Positions 48,374-58,529 of a DNA stretch of 64,000 nt are shown here, piece after piece. The translations under genes were made by a program, and so were the position numbers. The notes under the pieces are model-generated. The model saw nothing but the letters and a program-made list of their open reading frames with translations, was not told the DNA's origin and did not search any database. This DNA is from an uncultured bacterium (GTDB taxonomy: Bacteria > Actinomycetota > Acidimicrobiia > Spongiisociales > UBA5794). Location of the stretch: the NCBI GenBank assembly GCA_963801165.1, contig CAWDDT010000006.1, positions 480,001 to 544,000 on the forward strand, given 5' to 3'. The first letter of the stretch is position 1, and every line of letters begins with the position of its first letter.

Positions 48374-50766
48374 CCGGCATCACGGCCATCGTCTTCGCCT
48401 TCACCGGCCTGAGCGGGTTGCTGCGCCCGACTCAGGAGGGCACGAGGTGGGAATACGTCGTGATCGCCGCCGTCGTACTCGGAGCGACGATCACCTGGAC
48501 CGCCCTCACCTATCGCGCCCACCCGATCATTGTCGTGGTCCTCAACCTGGTCGCCCTCGCGATCGCCATATCCCGGGTGGCGGCTCCCGAAACAATGAAC
48601 AGCCTCATACCGACCGGGCAGACCTTCACGACCGTCATGGACGAGCTCAACCGGGCGTTCACGCTCATCCACACCGGCATAGAACCGGTGCAACCGATCG
48701 CTGGCATCGTCGTGGTAGTCACGGTTGTCTTCTGGGTTACCGGCGTTCTGCTTGCGTGGGGATTGCTCCGCGGCCACCCCTACGTCGCTTTGATTCCTCC
48801 GCTCGTGCTCGCTCTCCAGTTCGCCACCATGGACCGCTCCCGGACCGGACTAGGTCGGATAATCGTCTTCCTGGCCGTCGTCGGCGGCTCGATCGTGGCC
48901 GTCACCACCGACGAGCGCGACCAGTCGGCGGGCCGAATGTCGGGCGGGACACGCCGGCCAACCGCGTTGAGCAAGCTGGCTCCGTCGGCGGCCGGCCTGC
49001 TCGGGGTGACCCTCGTCTTCAGCGTGATTGGCACCGGGTTCATGAACGGTTTAGTTCCCTATGACGGAATCCTTCCCTGGCGGAGCGCTACCGGTCTCAC
49101 ATCGGATTTCTACGGGGGTATTGCCTACAACCCGTTCATCGGCATAAAGCAGTCGCTGGTGTCGCAGTCGGATACACCGGTCTTCCTGGCGCATATCACC
49201 GGTGACGTTCCCGGCGACCAGGTCTACTTCCGGCTCGTCACCATGGAGGCCTACAACGGGGGTCAGTTCTTCGCCGACAAGCCCACCGTCGTCAACCTCG
49301 ACACACGGCCCTGGGAGTTGGGAGGGAACGTGTTCACCGGGCCCGTCGACCAGGTAGAGACCGATATTCAGATCGAACGTCTCCGGATGGATTGGCTGCC
49401 CGCTTCATACGTCCCGACATCGTTCTCGGCTTCCGCCGACATCCTCGAAACCACGAGGGTTCGCCAGTCGGACGGGTCGCTACGGCTCGAGGGCGACCTC
49501 TCCTATGAGGGTATGCAATACACAATCAATTCGTCTATCCCCCACCCCGACATCGCGGTCTTGGAGACCGATGAGGATGGCAACCTCTCCCCTGCGTTCG
49601 AGTTTGCCGCCAGCGAGCAGAACCTCCCCGACCCGGTGGAAGCGCAGGTCCGCGAGGATCCCGTCGGCGTCGATGCCTACCTCGACCTCCCAGAGGACCT
49701 CGACCCCGCCATCCAGAAGCTCGCCCGGCAACGAACCGCCAATCTGACGACCAACTACGAGATCGGCCTGGCGCTCGAGTCGTGGTTTCACTCGGACGCG
49801 TTTGCCTACTCAACCAACATCGAGCCCGGCCATGGTGCCACCGATCTTGCGGAGTGGCTCCTCGACGACCAGTCACCGAATTACCACATCGGCTACTGCG
49901 AGAACTTCGCCACGGCGATGGCTGTGATGGCACGCACTCTCGGCGTTCCGTCGCGGGTCGTCCTCGGCTTCACACCCGGCGAGCCCACGGGCCAGGAGGA
50001 CGTGTACGTGGTGCGTGACCGGAACGCCCACGCCTGGGTCGAACTGTGGATCCCGTCGCAGGGCTGGATGAGATTCGACCCGACCCCTCGCTCGGACGGG
50101 ATCAATCCCACCACCTACAGCGAAGCGGAAGCCGAGCTGGGGTTCGACCTGACCGCATACCTCGACGTCCCGGACAGCGAGCCGATCACGGTCCAGAACT
50201 CAGGGCTGCCGTTGCCCCAGCTCCCCAACGACATAGACCTTCCCCAATTCGGGGGAAGCAATGACGTCGGCTCCGGCGGCGGGATCCATCTACCCGGGTG
50301 GTTCGGGGCGGCGTTGCCGATCGTATTGCTGATAGTCCTGGCAGCGGGCGGCATCCCCATGATCAAATGGTGGCAGCGTCGCACACGGATGCGTCGTCTC
50401 GAGAGCGGCGACATCACCGCGGCCTGGGAGGACGTCGTCGCCCGGCTAACCGACCTGGGCGATGCTCCGTCGCCGGCAAATACCCCCCGACAGATAGCAG
50501 ACTCGGTCGACTCGGCGATGGTCCCGCTGGCCGTCGTCTACGGGAGGGCGGTATACGGGCCCGAGGCTACGGTGAGCCCGGAGAACGTCGCAACGGCTAG
50601 CGCCTCGCTCGATGCCACCAGGGCTCGGCTCGCCACCCGGCACAGCGTCCCGCAACGAGTAATTGCCGCCTATCGACCCGCCAGCATCATTCCCCCGGGC
50701 GCACGGCGTCTTCTCGATAAGGCCAAAGTCAACGGCCGCAACGGAAACCGACGCAACGGATCCTGA
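48349..50766 (+). CDS. Membrane transglutaminase-like protein (TgpA/DUF3488 type)
   Basis: Multiple TM segments; Cys-His-Asp triad GYCENFA, AHAWVE, FDPTP. Confidence 0.92.
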   Translation: MVYRFSWLAGITAIVFAFTGLSGLLRPTQEGTRWEYVVIAAVVLGATITWTALTYRAHPIIVVVLNLVALAIAISRVAAPETMNSLIPTGQTFTTVMDELNRAFTLIHTGIEPVQPIAGIVVVVTVVFWVTGVLLAWGLLRGHPYVALIPPLVLALQFATMDRSRTGLGRIIVFLAVVGGSIVAVTTDERDQSAGRMSGGTRRPTALSKLAPSAAGLLGVTLVFSVIGTGFMNGLVPYDGILPWRSATGLTSDFYGGIAYNPFIGIKQSLVSQSDTPVFLAHITGDVPGDQVYFRLVTMEAYNGGQFFADKPTVVNLDTRPWELGGNVFTGPVDQVETDIQIERLRMDWLPASYVPTSFSASADILETTRVRQSDGSLRLEGDLSYEGMQYTINSSIPHPDIAVLETDEDGNLSPAFEFAASEQNLPDPVEAQVREDPVGVDAYLDLPEDLDPAIQKLARQRTANLTTNYEIGLALESWFHSDAFAYSTNIEPGHGATDLAEWLLDDQSPNYHIGYCENFATAMAVMARTLGVPSRVVLGFTPGEPTGQEDVYVVRDRNAHAWVELWIPSQGWMRFDPTPRSDGINPTTYSEAEAELGFDLTAYLDVPDSEPITVQNSGLPLPQLPNDIDLPQFGGSNDVGSGGGIHLPGWFGAALPIVLLIVLAAGGIPMIKWWQRRTRMRRLESGDITAAWEDVVARLTDLGDAPSPANTPRQIADSVDSAMVPLAVVYGRAVYGPEATVSPENVATASASLDATRARLATRHSVPQRVIAAYRPASIIPPGARRLLDKAKVNGRNGNRRNGS

Positions 50767-50776
50767 CTGCGGCGGC

Positions 50777-51274
50777 TCAGCCTTGAGCCGCCCCCAGCTC
50801 TGACTTCACGTCGTCTTCGACACGACGCAACATGTCGAGGAAATGATCCCGGTCGAGCTCGAACTTGGTGATGTCTTCTTCAACGCTCTTGGTGATCTCG
50901 TTGATCGCTACGAAGAACGCAAGCTGGCCGTCGCGCAGCGCATCGAGCAGTTCCCCCTCGTTCTGGGCGACGTGAAAGATCGTCTGACCGTCGGTGACGA
51001 GCCTCACGGAGGCGAGATGCTCGTCCATCGAAGCGGTGCGACGCAGGTAATCCCAGGCCCGGCGCACCCGTTGCACCGACATCCCGTTGTCCAACAGGCT
51101 CTTGACGACCCGCAGCGCTACGAGGTCACGGAAGGAGTACAAGCGGCGCCGCCCCGGCCGGCCGTCGCTGCTCTGGATACTGGGTTCCACCAGGTCGACC
51201 TTGTCCCAATAACGAAGCTGGTGGGCGGTGCAGCCCGTGAGCGCTGATGCCTGCTGGGCAGTAAAAGAATCCAC
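50777..51274 (-). CDS. MerR-family regulator (Rv1830-like)
   Basis: QLRYWD...PS...RLYSFRDL..LRVVKSLLDNG. Confidence 0.88.
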   Translation of the reverse strand: MDSFTAQQASALTGCTAHQLRYWDKVDLVEPSIQSSDGRPGRRRLYSFRDLVALRVVKSLLDNGMSVQRVRRAWDYLRRTASMDEHLASVRLVTDGQTIFHVAQNEGELLDALRDGQLAFFVAINEITKSVEEDITKFELDRDHFLDMLRRVEDDVKSELGAAQG

Positions 51275-51379
51275 CTATCTCCTCCCACACCTGTGGTCCG
51301 CTGGCTCCATAGGACCCGTCAGCTCGGGTGTCGTCGTCGTCGTTGCGATGCAAATCCCCCCGCACGGGGAATGGTCACT

Positions 51380-51712
51380 CTAGCCGTTCCGAGACCATCT
51401 CTGTCGAGCTCGCTCGAGCCACTTTCCGAGCAGGTCGGACCCCCCGTCCGAGCCCCTGCGGAAGGTCATCGCAAGCCACCCAGCCGATGCCAGCATGAGG
51501 ATGAATCCCAGCGTGGCGAACCAGACGATCTTCAGCGAAACAACCATGACAACGAGACCTACGATGAATCCGAGGACCGCCAGGCGTCGATGCGGGCGGA
51601 GACGCGAACGCAACGAAGCGCTGGCCACCGAGTGCGCCAACTCCGGATCTTCCTCATAGAACTGACGCTCGATCTCTTCGAGAATGCGCTGTTCGTCTTC
51701 GTTGAGCGGCAT
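51380..51712 (-). CDS. DUF3040 membrane protein
   Basis: MPLNEDEQRILEEIERQFYEEDP plus 2 TM segments; follows dinB. Confidence 0.9.
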   Translation of the reverse strand: MPLNEDEQRILEEIERQFYEEDPELAHSVASASLRSRLRPHRRLAVLGFIVGLVVMVVSLKIVWFATLGFILMLASAGWLAMTFRRGSDGGSDLLGKWLERARQRWSRNG

Positions 51713-51762
51713 CTGTATTCGTCTCCGGGTCCTGAAGCCGAGTATACAAGTCCGGGGGTGTA

Positions 51763-52947
51763 TCAATAGCGGAGATTCTCCCGTTTTTGACCGATCATCG
51801 AGGCTCGCAATACGGCATCGTCCCCAAATCGGTCACGTACCTCTTCGGCTGCATCGGCAGCTGAGTCTCTGGTCCTGTCCCCGAGAGTCAGCTGGTGCGG
51901 ATTCGCCCCCGTCACCAAACCCGAGATTCCAACACCCAACAGACGTACACCACGCCCGCGGCGTTCCACCCGTTCCAGCAGACGGCGTGCCTCATCCCAC
52001 AGCGCGGTTGTGGCGGCTACTTCGCCGGCAACGGTCTCGGAGCGGGTAAGCGTCTCGAAGTCGCCAAAGCGGATCTTGAGGGTCACGACCCGCCCCGTGT
52101 AGCCGGACCGATGGAGACGGGAGGCCAACCGGTCGCATAGACGGAGCGTCGCCTGGTTGATGTCATCATCCTCGGTCAGATCCTCGTCGTAGGTCTCCTC
52201 CACCGACACCGACTTCGTCTCGCCGTCCGGCTCGACGCCACGCGGGTCGATAGCGGCGGCCAGTTGCGACAGGTGTGCGGCCAGGCTGGGGCCGAGCCGG
52301 CGTCGCAGCATCGTCTCGGGGACCGCTGCCAGATCGCCGATGGTCTCGACCCCCAGCGTTTCCAGGCTGGCGTGCGTGGCCGCACCGACGCCCCAAAGGG
52401 ATCGCACGGGCATCGGGTGGAGGAACTCGAGCTCGCGGCCCGCCCGCACTACCAGCATCCCATCCGGCTTGGCCGCATCGGAGGCGAGCTTGGAGATGAA
52501 CTTCACCGCCGAGATGCCGACCGAGGCGGGCAGGCCGAGCTCGGCCCGAATGGAGCTCCGCAATGCGGTGCCGACCGCCGCCGGCGAGTCATAGTGGAGG
52601 CGGAGACCGGAGATATCGATAAACGCCTCGTCGACCGACAGCCCTTCGACCAGCGGGCTGAAGCTGCGGAAGACCTCGAACACCTCCCGGGACACTGCGC
52701 CGTAGTCGCTGTGTGACGGCGGGATGAAGACACCGTGAGGGCAAAGACGGCGCGCCTCGCCGATCGGCATCGCGGAGTGCACACCACGCGCTCGGGCCTC
52801 GTAGGACGCGGACGCCACCACGCCACGTCTCCCCAGCCCACCGACGATCACCGGCTTACCGGCCAGGCCGGGATCACGCCGCCGTTCCACCTCCACGAAG
52901 AAGGCATCCATGTCGATGTGGAGAAACCGCTCGGTGAACCCGCTCAC
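51763..52947 (-). CDS. dinB: DNA polymerase IV
   Basis: HIDMDAFF, ASYEAR, SVDEAF, KLASD..KPDG, LWGVG. Confidence 0.95.
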   Translation of the reverse strand: MSGFTERFLHIDMDAFFVEVERRRDPGLAGKPVIVGGLGRRGVVASASYEARARGVHSAMPIGEARRLCPHGVFIPPSHSDYGAVSREVFEVFRSFSPLVEGLSVDEAFIDISGLRLHYDSPAAVGTALRSSIRAELGLPASVGISAVKFISKLASDAAKPDGMLVVRAGRELEFLHPMPVRSLWGVGAATHASLETLGVETIGDLAAVPETMLRRRLGPSLAAHLSQLAAAIDPRGVEPDGETKSVSVEETYDEDLTEDDDINQATLRLCDRLASRLHRSGYTGRVVTLKIRFGDFETLTRSETVAGEVAATTALWDEARRLLERVERRGRGVRLLGVGISGLVTGANPHQLTLGDRTRDSAADAAEEVRDRFGDDAVLRASMIGQKRENLRY

Positions 52948-52994
52948 GGCACCACGGTACTCGGCGATCCAGACCCTCGTGGCATACTCGCCTG

Positions 52995-53594
52995 ATGCAC
53001 ATACACCTGGTCAGGCACGGCGAAGTGGACAACCCACACGACGTCGTATACGCCGATGTCGCCGGCTTCTCGCTTTCGGCACACGGACGGGCGCAGGCGA
53101 GCGCAGCCGGCGCTCATCTGGGTACCCGGCCGCCGTTCCGGATCGTGTCATCGCCATTGGACAGGGCGCTCGCCACAGCCCGCCTGATCGCAGACGGCAC
53201 CGGCGCGTTCGTCGATGTCGACGATCGCCTGACGGAATGGGGGCTTGCCGTCAGATGGCGAGGGGCCACGTGGCACCGGCTCCCGATCGTTTTCCCCGGC
53301 GAGCTGGAGGCTTACCTCGACGACCCGGCCCATCTCGCTTTCTGCCCCGAGCCCCTCGATCAACTGTCAGCCCGGATGTGCGGAGCGATCCTCGAGTGGT
53401 GTGCAACAGTTCGAGGCGACCTCGTCTTCGTCTCGCACGAGGACCCCCTCCACGCGGCACGGCTGCGTCTTCTCGGGACGATGCCCACGGCTTTCCACAA
53501 AGACAAGCCCGGGCACGGCTCGGTAATCACGCTGGAACGAGCCGGTGACACCTGGCGAACCGTGGCAAGCTGGGTACCCCCGGCGATGCCATGA
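52995..53594 (+). CDS. Histidine phosphatase family protein
   Basis: LVRHG, SSPLDRA, LTE, VSH. Confidence 0.9.
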   Translation: MHIHLVRHGEVDNPHDVVYADVAGFSLSAHGRAQASAAGAHLGTRPPFRIVSSPLDRALATARLIADGTGAFVDVDDRLTEWGLAVRWRGATWHRLPIVFPGELEAYLDDPAHLAFCPEPLDQLSARMCGAILEWCATVRGDLVFVSHEDPLHAARLRLLGTMPTAFHKDKPGHGSVITLERAGDTWRTVASWVPPAMP

Positions 53595-53643
53595 CAGGCC
53601 CGGGTCGCACTACAATGTCGCGCCGACGACTTCGAGGAGAAAC

Positions 53644-54060
53644 GTGCGAACTCGCCTGGTCATCGTGACCGTCATCCTTGCCGCATTGCTTGGTGCCTGC
53701 TCCAGCGGTCCTTCCGAAGCAGCTCTCGCCGCCGACAGGCAGCCGACGACTACGACGACCACCGAGGCACCTCCCGAAGGCATCGCGGTTGTGACCATCG
53801 AGTCCGGGCGCTTCCGCCCCTCCAACCTGAAGCTCGATCTCAACGAGGAATGGATCGTCGAATGGCGCCAGGAGGACTCGGCGGATCGCGAGTATGTCGT
53901 GGTGTCGGGTGATGATTCCTTTGCGGACAGCCCGACGCTCAAGGCGGGCGACACCTTCCAGGTTGATTTCAGCCAGCTACCGCCGGGCATTTACCGCTAC
54001 TACGCCTACCTCGGCAACAACCGTATCCCTGGTTCTGTCGATACGCGCCCGTCTCAGTAG
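53644..54060 (+). CDS. Lipoprotein with cupredoxin-like fold
   Basis: Lipobox LGAC; FRPSNL, SPTLKAGDTF, PGIYRYY pattern, but no Cu ligands. Confidence 0.6.
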   Translation: MRTRLVIVTVILAALLGACSSGPSEAALAADRQPTTTTTTEAPPEGIAVVTIESGRFRPSNLKLDLNEEWIVEWRQEDSADREYVVVSGDDSFADSPTLKAGDTFQVDFSQLPPGIYRYYAYLGNNRIPGSVDTRPSQ

Positions 54061-54084
54061 CTAAGGCACGCGGCAGGAGACAAC

Positions 54085-54774
54085 GTGGCACGAATGCCGT
54101 TAACTATCGCGGTTCTGGTGATGGCCGCCGGTCTCGCCTGGACGATCCACCTGGTTGTCTCGCCTGCACCCTGGGCCGCTGACTCTGCGCTTACGATCGC
54201 TGTCGGCACGCTCGTGTTGAGCATCGCGGCAATGACGGCTCTGCTGCTGAGCCGGGGACGGTGGACCCGCTTCTTCGCCACCGGCCTGTTGATCGCCGAG
54301 ACGGCGATTGCCGTCGTTGCCGAGCTCGAGCCGTGGCTGGTCTTGGGCCTGGCGCTGACCGGGCTGGCGTTGACCGGGCTGTTCGGCCCCTGGCTGCGGG
54401 GATGGCTACGGGAACGCCCCGCCGCAGGATCGCCCGGTGTCGAGCCCATCTTGCTCGCAATCGGAGCGTTTGCGCTCGTCCCTCTTGTCGGAATCGCCTC
54501 GCCTGCGGGGCTCAGCATGGCCCACGGAGTGCTCGGCGGTGCCGGCATATTGCTCTCGTGGGGATATCTCAAAGGTCGTCTCTGGGCTTTCTACGGGCTT
54601 CGATTCGCTCTGCCGCCCCTCGTCGCCATCACGGCGGTATTCTCACCGCCTGGTGGCGCGTTTTTGCTAATCGTCGCGGGCGCGGGTCTCTCCTACCTCG
54701 CGTGGACCGCCCCCGCACGGCTCGCGGTAGACCCCGCCCCGCAGCTCCCCGCCCCGAGGAGACCCCGGCAATGA
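54085..54774 (+). CDS. Hypothetical integral membrane protein
   Basis: About 7-8 hydrophobic segments. Confidence 0.7.
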   Translation: MARMPLTIAVLVMAAGLAWTIHLVVSPAPWAADSALTIAVGTLVLSIAAMTALLLSRGRWTRFFATGLLIAETAIAVVAELEPWLVLGLALTGLALTGLFGPWLRGWLRERPAAGSPGVEPILLAIGAFALVPLVGIASPAGLSMAHGVLGGAGILLSWGYLKGRLWAFYGLRFALPPLVAITAVFSPPGGAFLLIVAGAGLSYLAWTAPARLAVDPAPQLPAPRRPRQ

Positions 54775-55202
54775 CCACGATGTCTCAGCCCACAAGGTGG
54801 GGATGGCTGGCACTCGCCGGCGGGCCGCTGCTGGGCGCCGGTGCGGGCCGGCTCGTGGGTTCCACCGCGACCTGGCTCGTCGTGGGAGCCGTCATTGGCC
54901 TCGGGGTTGCCGTGATGATCGTCGTGCTGGAGATGAGAATCCTGGTGGCCCTCCCGGTTGGAGCCGGAGCAGGCGTAGGCGCGTATCTCGGCGCCACCGT
55001 CGTCGGGGCCGTCTGCCAACCACGCGGGTGTCCGGCGTTCGAGACGGCCGCCGCGGTGACTACGGGTATCGGGGCGCTGGTAGGTGTGGGTCTGGTGGTC
55101 GCTCTGGTTGCCCGCTCCTTCGACGAATACCGGGACTCACAACGCCGGGGCACGCCTCCGGCGACCAGTAGCTGCAACGACGACGACGGGCCCTCAGATT
55201 GA
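54771..55202 (+). CDS. Hypothetical membrane protein
   Basis: ATGA overlap with the previous gene; Gly-rich TM segments, CQPRGC. Confidence 0.65.
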   Translation: MTTMSQPTRWGWLALAGGPLLGAGAGRLVGSTATWLVVGAVIGLGVAVMIVVLEMRILVALPVGAGAGVGAYLGATVVGAVCQPRGCPAFETAAAVTTGIGALVGVGLVVALVARSFDEYRDSQRRGTPPATSSCNDDDGPSD

Positions 55203-56438
55203 CTTGAACAGCAGCGACACGTTGTGGCCCCCGAAGCCGAACGAGTTCGACAGGACATAATCGACGTCCGCCTTGCGTGGCTCGTTGGGGACGTAGTCGA
55301 GATCGCATTCCGGATCAGGGGTGGCGTAGTTGATCGTGGGAGGGAGGATCCCCTCGTTGAGCACCTGGAGGGAGATCAACGCCTCGACGGCGCCGCCGCC
55401 TCCGAGCATGTGGCCGGTCATCGACTTCGTCGACGAGACGGGTATGTCGTATGCGGCACGACCAAAGACGGTCTTGATCGCCATGGTCTCGGTCACGTCG
55501 TTCGCCGGGGTGGAAGTGCCGTGGGCATTGATATACCCGACGGCATCGGGAGCGACGCCCGCGTCTGCGAGCGCCCCTTGCATGGCCCGGGCAGCGCCGC
55601 CGCCACCGGGCCTGGGCAGGGTGATGTGGTAAGCATCGGCCGACATGCCGTAGCCGACGAGCTCGGCGTAGACACTCGCTCCGCGGGCTCGGGCGTGCTC
55701 GTACTCCTCGAGGATGAGCGAGCCTGCCCCTTCGCCGAGCACGAACCCGTCGCGGTCCTTGTCGAAGGGACGGCTGGCCGCCTCGGGATCGTCGTTGCGT
55801 GCGCTCAACGCCTTCATCGAGCTGAACCCGCCCATAGCGAACTCGGTAACCGACGCCTCCATCCCGCCACCGACCATCACATCGGCGACGCCACGCCGGA
55901 TGATCTCAGCGGCGTCTCCAATTGCGTTCGCCGATGCGGCACAGGCGGTCACGGTGCAGGTACTGGGGCCTGCCAGGTGGAAACCGATCGAGATCGCACC
56001 CGCCGCCTGGTTGCTCATGATCATCGGGATGGCCAGCGGCGAGATCCGATCGGGACCGCGCTCGTTGAGAATCTCGATCTGGGTCTGGGTGGTACCGATC
56101 CCCCCGATGCCGGTTCCGCACACCACACCCACCCTCTCGGCGGCAGGGTCGCCGTCCTCGAAAGCGAGACCGGCGTCGGCCATCGCCTGGCTGGTGGCGC
56201 CCCAGAACAAGAGGGTGCTGCGATCCATCCGCCGCGACTCCTTGCGCGGCAGGTAGACATCCGGGTCGAAATCCTTGACCTCGGCCGCAAACCGCGTGTT
56301 CAAACGCGACGCATCGAACAAGGTGACCGGAGCTACCCCGGACCTTCCCTCGAGAAGTGCATCCCAGGTGTCGGTCAAATTGTGAGCAAGCGGATTGACT
56401 GTACCCACACCGGTTACCACCACGCGGCGACGTTCCAT
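55194..56438 (-). CDS. fabF: 3-oxoacyl-ACP synthase II
   Basis: TACAAS, NAHGTST, KSMTGHMLG, SNSFGFGG. Confidence 0.96.
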   Translation of the reverse strand: MERRRVVVTGVGTVNPLAHNLTDTWDALLEGRSGVAPVTLFDASRLNTRFAAEVKDFDPDVYLPRKESRRMDRSTLLFWGATSQAMADAGLAFEDGDPAAERVGVVCGTGIGGIGTTQTQIEILNERGPDRISPLAIPMIMSNQAAGAISIGFHLAGPSTCTVTACAASANAIGDAAEIIRRGVADVMVGGGMEASVTEFAMGGFSSMKALSARNDDPEAASRPFDKDRDGFVLGEGAGSLILEEYEHARARGASVYAELVGYGMSADAYHITLPRPGGGGAARAMQGALADAGVAPDAVGYINAHGTSTPANDVTETMAIKTVFGRAAYDIPVSSTKSMTGHMLGGGGAVEALISLQVLNEGILPPTINYATPDPECDLDYVPNEPRKADVDYVLSNSFGFGGHNVSLLFKSI

Positions 56439-56440
56439 GA

Positions 56441-56686
56441 TCAGGCGTTGAGTTTCTGGCTGACCAGATCGGCCGCTTCACCCACCGTCGTGATCTTTTC
56501 TGCTTCTTCATCGGGAATCTTGACATCGAAATTGTCTTCGAGAGCCATGAGAAGCTCGACGACACCGAGCGAGTCGACATCGAGGTCTTCTTCGAACCGG
56601 GCGTCCATGGTGATGTTGTCGCGCTCGAGCCCGAGCTCATCTACAAGCAGATCGACCAGCTTCGCCTCGATTTCGGATCTGTCCAT
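56441..56686 (-). CDS. acpP: Acyl carrier protein
   Basis: DLDVDSL phosphopantetheine site. Confidence 0.96.
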   Translation of the reverse strand: MDRSEIEAKLVDLLVDELGLERDNITMDARFEEDLDVDSLGVVELLMALEDNFDVKIPDEEAEKITTVGEAADLVSQKLNA

Positions 56687-56703
56687 TGCTGTTGCCTTCC
56701 TGT

Positions 56704-57450
56704 TCAGATGGCCAGCCCACCATCGACAACGATGGTTTGGCCGGTGATGTACGACGCATCCTGGGAGGCAAGATAGCCAACCGCCGACGCGACTTCCTCG
56801 GGCCGGCCCAACCGGCCCAGGGTGATCTGCTTCGTTGCCGCCTCGGCCGCACCCTCGCCGAGCGCGGCCGTCATGTCCGTTGCGATGAACCCCGGGGCCA
56901 CCGCATTGACTGTGATCCCACGCGAGCCGATCTCCTTGGCCAGAGAGCGTGTGAAGCCGATGACGCCCGCCTTGGCCGCCGAGTAGTTGGCCTGCCCTGG
57001 GTTACCGTACACCCCCGCGACCGAGGAGATGTTGACGATCCTCCCCCACTTGGCGCGCAGCATGCCCCGGAGCGCCGCTTTGCTGCACAGGTACACCGAC
57101 TTGAGGTTGGTCTGTATGACATCGTCCCAGGCGTCGGCCGACATCCGCATGAGGAGATCGTCCCTCGCGATGCCGGCGTTGTTCACAAGGATCTCGACGG
57201 CACCCAACTCTGCGCCGACGTGCTCGACCATGCCGGCCACAGATGACTCGTCTCCGACATCTGCTTGCACCGGGATGGCGGTTCCACCGGAAGCCTCGAT
57301 CGCGGCGATGGTTTCCGCTGCCGCCGCCTCGTTTGCGACGTAGTTGACGGCCACCTTGTGACCCGCCGCGGCGAGCCGCAGCGCGACCGCACGGCCGATG
57401 CCGCGGGAGCCACCCGTGACCAGAGCCACCCGCGACGTGTCAGTGGGCAC
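56704..57450 (-). CDS. fabG: 3-oxoacyl-ACP reductase
   Basis: [17 protein letters not shown]. Confidence 0.95.
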   Translation of the reverse strand: MPTDTSRVALVTGGSRGIGRAVALRLAAAGHKVAVNYVANEAAAAETIAAIEASGGTAIPVQADVGDESSVAGMVEHVGAELGAVEILVNNAGIARDDLLMRMSADAWDDVIQTNLKSVYLCSKAALRGMLRAKWGRIVNISSVAGVYGNPGQANYSAAKAGVIGFTRSLAKEIGSRGITVNAVAPGFIATDMTAALGEGAAEAATKQITLGRLGRPEEVASAVGYLASQDASYITGQTIVVDGGLAI

Positions 57451-58512
57451 TCAGATCCCCAGACCCTGGGTGCGTTCGGCGAGCAGCTCGAGACCGGTCT
57501 TATCGGTCCAGGGAATTCCGGAATCCGCTTCGCTCACCCGCTCGGTTCGGTCACCCCAGCGCACCACCGCGGCGCCCCACGTGAGACCACCGCCGAAGGC
57601 AACCATGGCGATCAACGCTCCCGGCTCGATGACGCCCTGATCGAGGGCTTCCGAGAGCGCGATCGGGATGCTGGCCGCCGACGTGTTCCCGTAGGCGTGG
57701 ATGTTGGTGTACACGTGGTCCGGATCGACGTTGAGCCGTTTGGCCATGGCATCGATGATCCGGATGTTCGCCTGATGTGAGATCAGAACGTCGATCTGAC
57801 CGATGTCGATGCCGGCATTCTCGATGGCAACGATCGCACCCTCCCCCATCCTGGTGACCGCATGCCGGAAGACCTCCCGACCCTCCATGTCGACGGTGGC
57901 CCTCGCGTCGTGATCGAACATGACCTCGGTGCCACCACCTCTGATTGCCAGAATGTCGGTCAGGGAGCCGTCGGAGTGGACGTTGGACGCAAGCAAACCC
58001 TCGGGTCCATCGGTCGCCTCGACTACGACGGCGCCGGCGCCGTCACCGAAAAGCACGGAGGTGGTGCGGTCCTGGAAGTCGAGGTAGGCCGAGAGCCGCT
58101 CGGATCCGATGATCAGCGCCCGGCTGATTGTCCCGGCGGCAATCATCCCATTGGCGACACTGAGCGCATAGATGAAACCGCTGCAGGCGGCGTTCAGATC
58201 CATGGTACCCGCCAGGCCACCGAGATTACGTTGCACGTATGCCGCAACCGAAGGAACGGCACGGTCTGCAGTACAGGTGGCAACAACGATCAGGTCCATA
58301 TCCGTCGCATCGAGACCAGCCGCCGCCAACGCCTTACGGCCGGCCGCGGTCGCCATCTCGGCGTTGGCCACGTGGCTGATACGGCGTTCCTTGATACCGG
58401 TCCGGGTGGTTATCCACTCGTCATTGGTATCGATCACAGACGCCAGATCCTGGTTGCTGAGCACAGCTGGAGGTGTGTATTCGCCCCAGCCGGTAATGGC
58501 TGCGTGCCGCAT
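57451..58512 (-). CDS. fabH: 3-oxoacyl-ACP synthase III
   Basis: AACSGF, HQAN, GNTSAAS. Confidence 0.95.
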   Translation of the reverse strand: MRHAAITGWGEYTPPAVLSNQDLASVIDTNDEWITTRTGIKERRISHVANAEMATAAGRKALAAAGLDATDMDLIVVATCTADRAVPSVAAYVQRNLGGLAGTMDLNAACSGFIYALSVANGMIAAGTISRALIIGSERLSAYLDFQDRTTSVLFGDGAGAVVVEATDGPEGLLASNVHSDGSLTDILAIRGGGTEVMFDHDARATVDMEGREVFRHAVTRMGEGAIVAIENAGIDIGQIDVLISHQANIRIIDAMAKRLNVDPDHVYTNIHAYGNTSAASIPIALSEALDQGVIEPGALIAMVAFGGGLTWGAAVVRWGDRTERVSEADSGIPWTDKTGLELLAERTQGLGI

Positions 58513-58529
58513 CGAACTCCCTTCAAATC

